IMG/VR virus record: IMGVR_UViG_3300017658_000012
Location: 1 to 25,670 of that record
DNA from: a virus
Taxonomy: Duplodnaviria > Caudoviricetes
Strand: one strand, 5' to 3'
DNA length: 25,670 nt
In this document: positions 24,665-25,670 of the stretch, piece after piece
Numbering within the stretch: the first letter of the stretch is position 1
How the letters are laid out: each line of letters starts with the position of its first letter
Position numbers and translations under genes: made by a program
The notes under the pieces: model-generated
Told to the model about the DNA's origin: nothing
The model's database searches: none
Seen by the model: the letters and a program-made list of their open reading frames with translations, nothing else

Positions 24665-25670
24665 CGACAGACGTAATAGACAAGCCCCTGACGGCGCCAG
24701 ATGGCGCCGTTTCTGTATCTGGCGGGTACAGAATTGTCGGCTACAAAGGCGGTAAAAGCGGCGGCGGCAGCGCCCGCACGCCTGTGGAGCAGCCAGACAG
24801 CCTGCACAGTACCTCCTATGCGTCTGTGCTCGACTTGATCTGCTATGGCCCTATACAGGGCCCCGTGCATGCCGACAAACCGCTACAGGACGTGTATCTG
24901 GACGGCACCCCGGTGGCGAACGCCGATGGCTCGCTCAATTTCGATGGCGTGCAGTTCGACTTCAGGCAGGGCACGCAGGATCAGGACTACATCCGGGGCT
25001 TTCCTGCCAGTGAGGCGACCAGCGCCGTGGGCGTCGAGCTTCGATCCGCCACGCCTTGGACGCAAGGGATCACCAATACCCAACTGACTGCTGTTCGGGT
25101 GATGCTTGCGGTCAACCGTCTGTCGCAGCAAAGCACAACGACAGGGGATATCAGCGGGTATCGCGTCGAGTATGTCATTGAACTATCGACAGACGGCGGG
25201 GCCTTTGAACAGGTTCTATCCGCAGCTTTCGACGGCAAGACGACGCAGAAATACTCCCGATCCCACCGCATTGACCTGCCGGCCTCAGAGTCTGGCTGGA
25301 CACTGCGCGTGCGCCGCATTACACCGGACACCAGCGATTCAACGATTGCCGATGAAACGGTGGTCGAGTCGATCACGGAGATTGTCGATGCGAAGTTGCG
25401 CTACCCGATGTCTGCCCTTGTGGGCATACGAGTTGATGCCCGCCAGTTCTCCAGCATCCCGACCCGCGCATACCGGTTCCGACTCAAAATCGTGCGCGTG
25501 CCCAGCAACTACAACCCCGAGACACGGGTCTACTCGGGCACCTGGGATGGCACGTTCAAGCTTGCCTGGACAAACAATCCGGTATGGTGCTTTTATGACC
25601 TGATCACCAGCGAGCTGTATGGACTGGGCGATCTGATCCCCGCCAGCTGGATGGATAAATGGGCGCTGTA
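24661..25670 (+). CDS. Central tail fibre / host specificity protein, lambda gpJ-like (5' part, truncated by window end)
   Basis: GTG 24661 (GTGA overlap), frame open to window end: GYKGGKSGGGSARTPVEQPDSLHS..., RVPSNYNPETRVYSGTWDGTFKLAWTNNPVWCFYDL; missing from the track because there is no stop in the window. Confidence 0.93.
   Translation, partial: MTTDVIDKPLTAPDGAVSVSGGYRIVGYKGGKSGGGSARTPVEQPDSLHSTSYASVLDLICYGPIQGPVHADKPLQDVYLDGTPVANADGSLNFDGVQFDFRQGTQDQDYIRGFPASEATSAVGVELRSATPWTQGITNTQLTAVRVMLAVNRLSQQSTTTGDISGYRVEYVIELSTDGGAFEQVLSAAFDGKTTQKYSRSHRIDLPASESGWTLRVRRITPDTSDSTIADETVVESITEIVDAKLRYPMSALVGIRVDARQFSSIPTRAYRFRLKIVRVPSNYNPETRVYSGTWDGTFKLAWTNNPVWCFYDLITSELYGLGDLIPASWMDKWAL

Larger units (their letters stand above)
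1..25670 (+). mobile_element. Prophage / temperate siphovirus late region (head, non-contractile tail, accessory morons); extends beyond both window edges
   Basis: Co-oriented terminase-portal-MuF-scaffold-capsid-neck-tail tube-chaperone-tape measure-M/L/K/I/J order. No sheath gene. No att site or integrase in the window. Confidence 0.97.

Noticed and set aside
2502-25603. Long overlapping ORFs in the track (e.g. 6341..7312 -, 11963..12940 -, 17705..18640 -, 23019..24056 -, 25106..25603 +)
   Set aside because: They are shadow frames of well-supported structural genes in GC-rich DNA, with no RBS or recognisable motifs.
1-25670. CRISPR array, rRNA/tRNA genes, IS elements, integrase/att sites, lysis cassette
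   Set aside because: No regularly spaced repeats, RNA gene signatures, transposase, integrase or endolysin motifs seen. The 4-TM gene at 1356 has no adjacent endolysin, so it was not called a holin.

Overview
The window is the late (virion morphogenesis) region of a temperate siphovirus or prophage of a fairly GC-rich Gram-negative bacterium; the host cannot be named from sequence alone. On the + strand the order is: 3' end of a probable Q-like antiterminator, a pR'-like late promoter and terminator, TerS, TerL, portal, MuF minor head protein, scaffold, major capsid protein, neck and tail-completion genes, tail tube, G/GT chaperones with a GGGAAAG -1 frameshift, tape measure, and a lambda-like tail tip (M, L, K, I, and J running off the end). 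Accessory modules interrupt this backbone: a soluble + 4-TM two-gene cassette before terS (defence-like architecture), a reverse-strand membrane-anchored moron, a secreted two-Cys protein, a P22 immI-like cassette (divergent Arc repressors, 17-bp palindromic operators, a predicted sar-like antisense RNA, Rha-like and ORF6N genes), a modular side fibre with partner between M and L, and a stand-alone HEPN-like gene. The most striking observation is a KpsC/KpsS-like (GT107/GT99-type) glycosyltransferase directly behind a major capsid protein that ends in a 7-serine Gly/Ser/Ala tail, suggesting a phage-encoded capsid glycosylation system. All family assignments come from motif recognition and gene order; no database searches were run.
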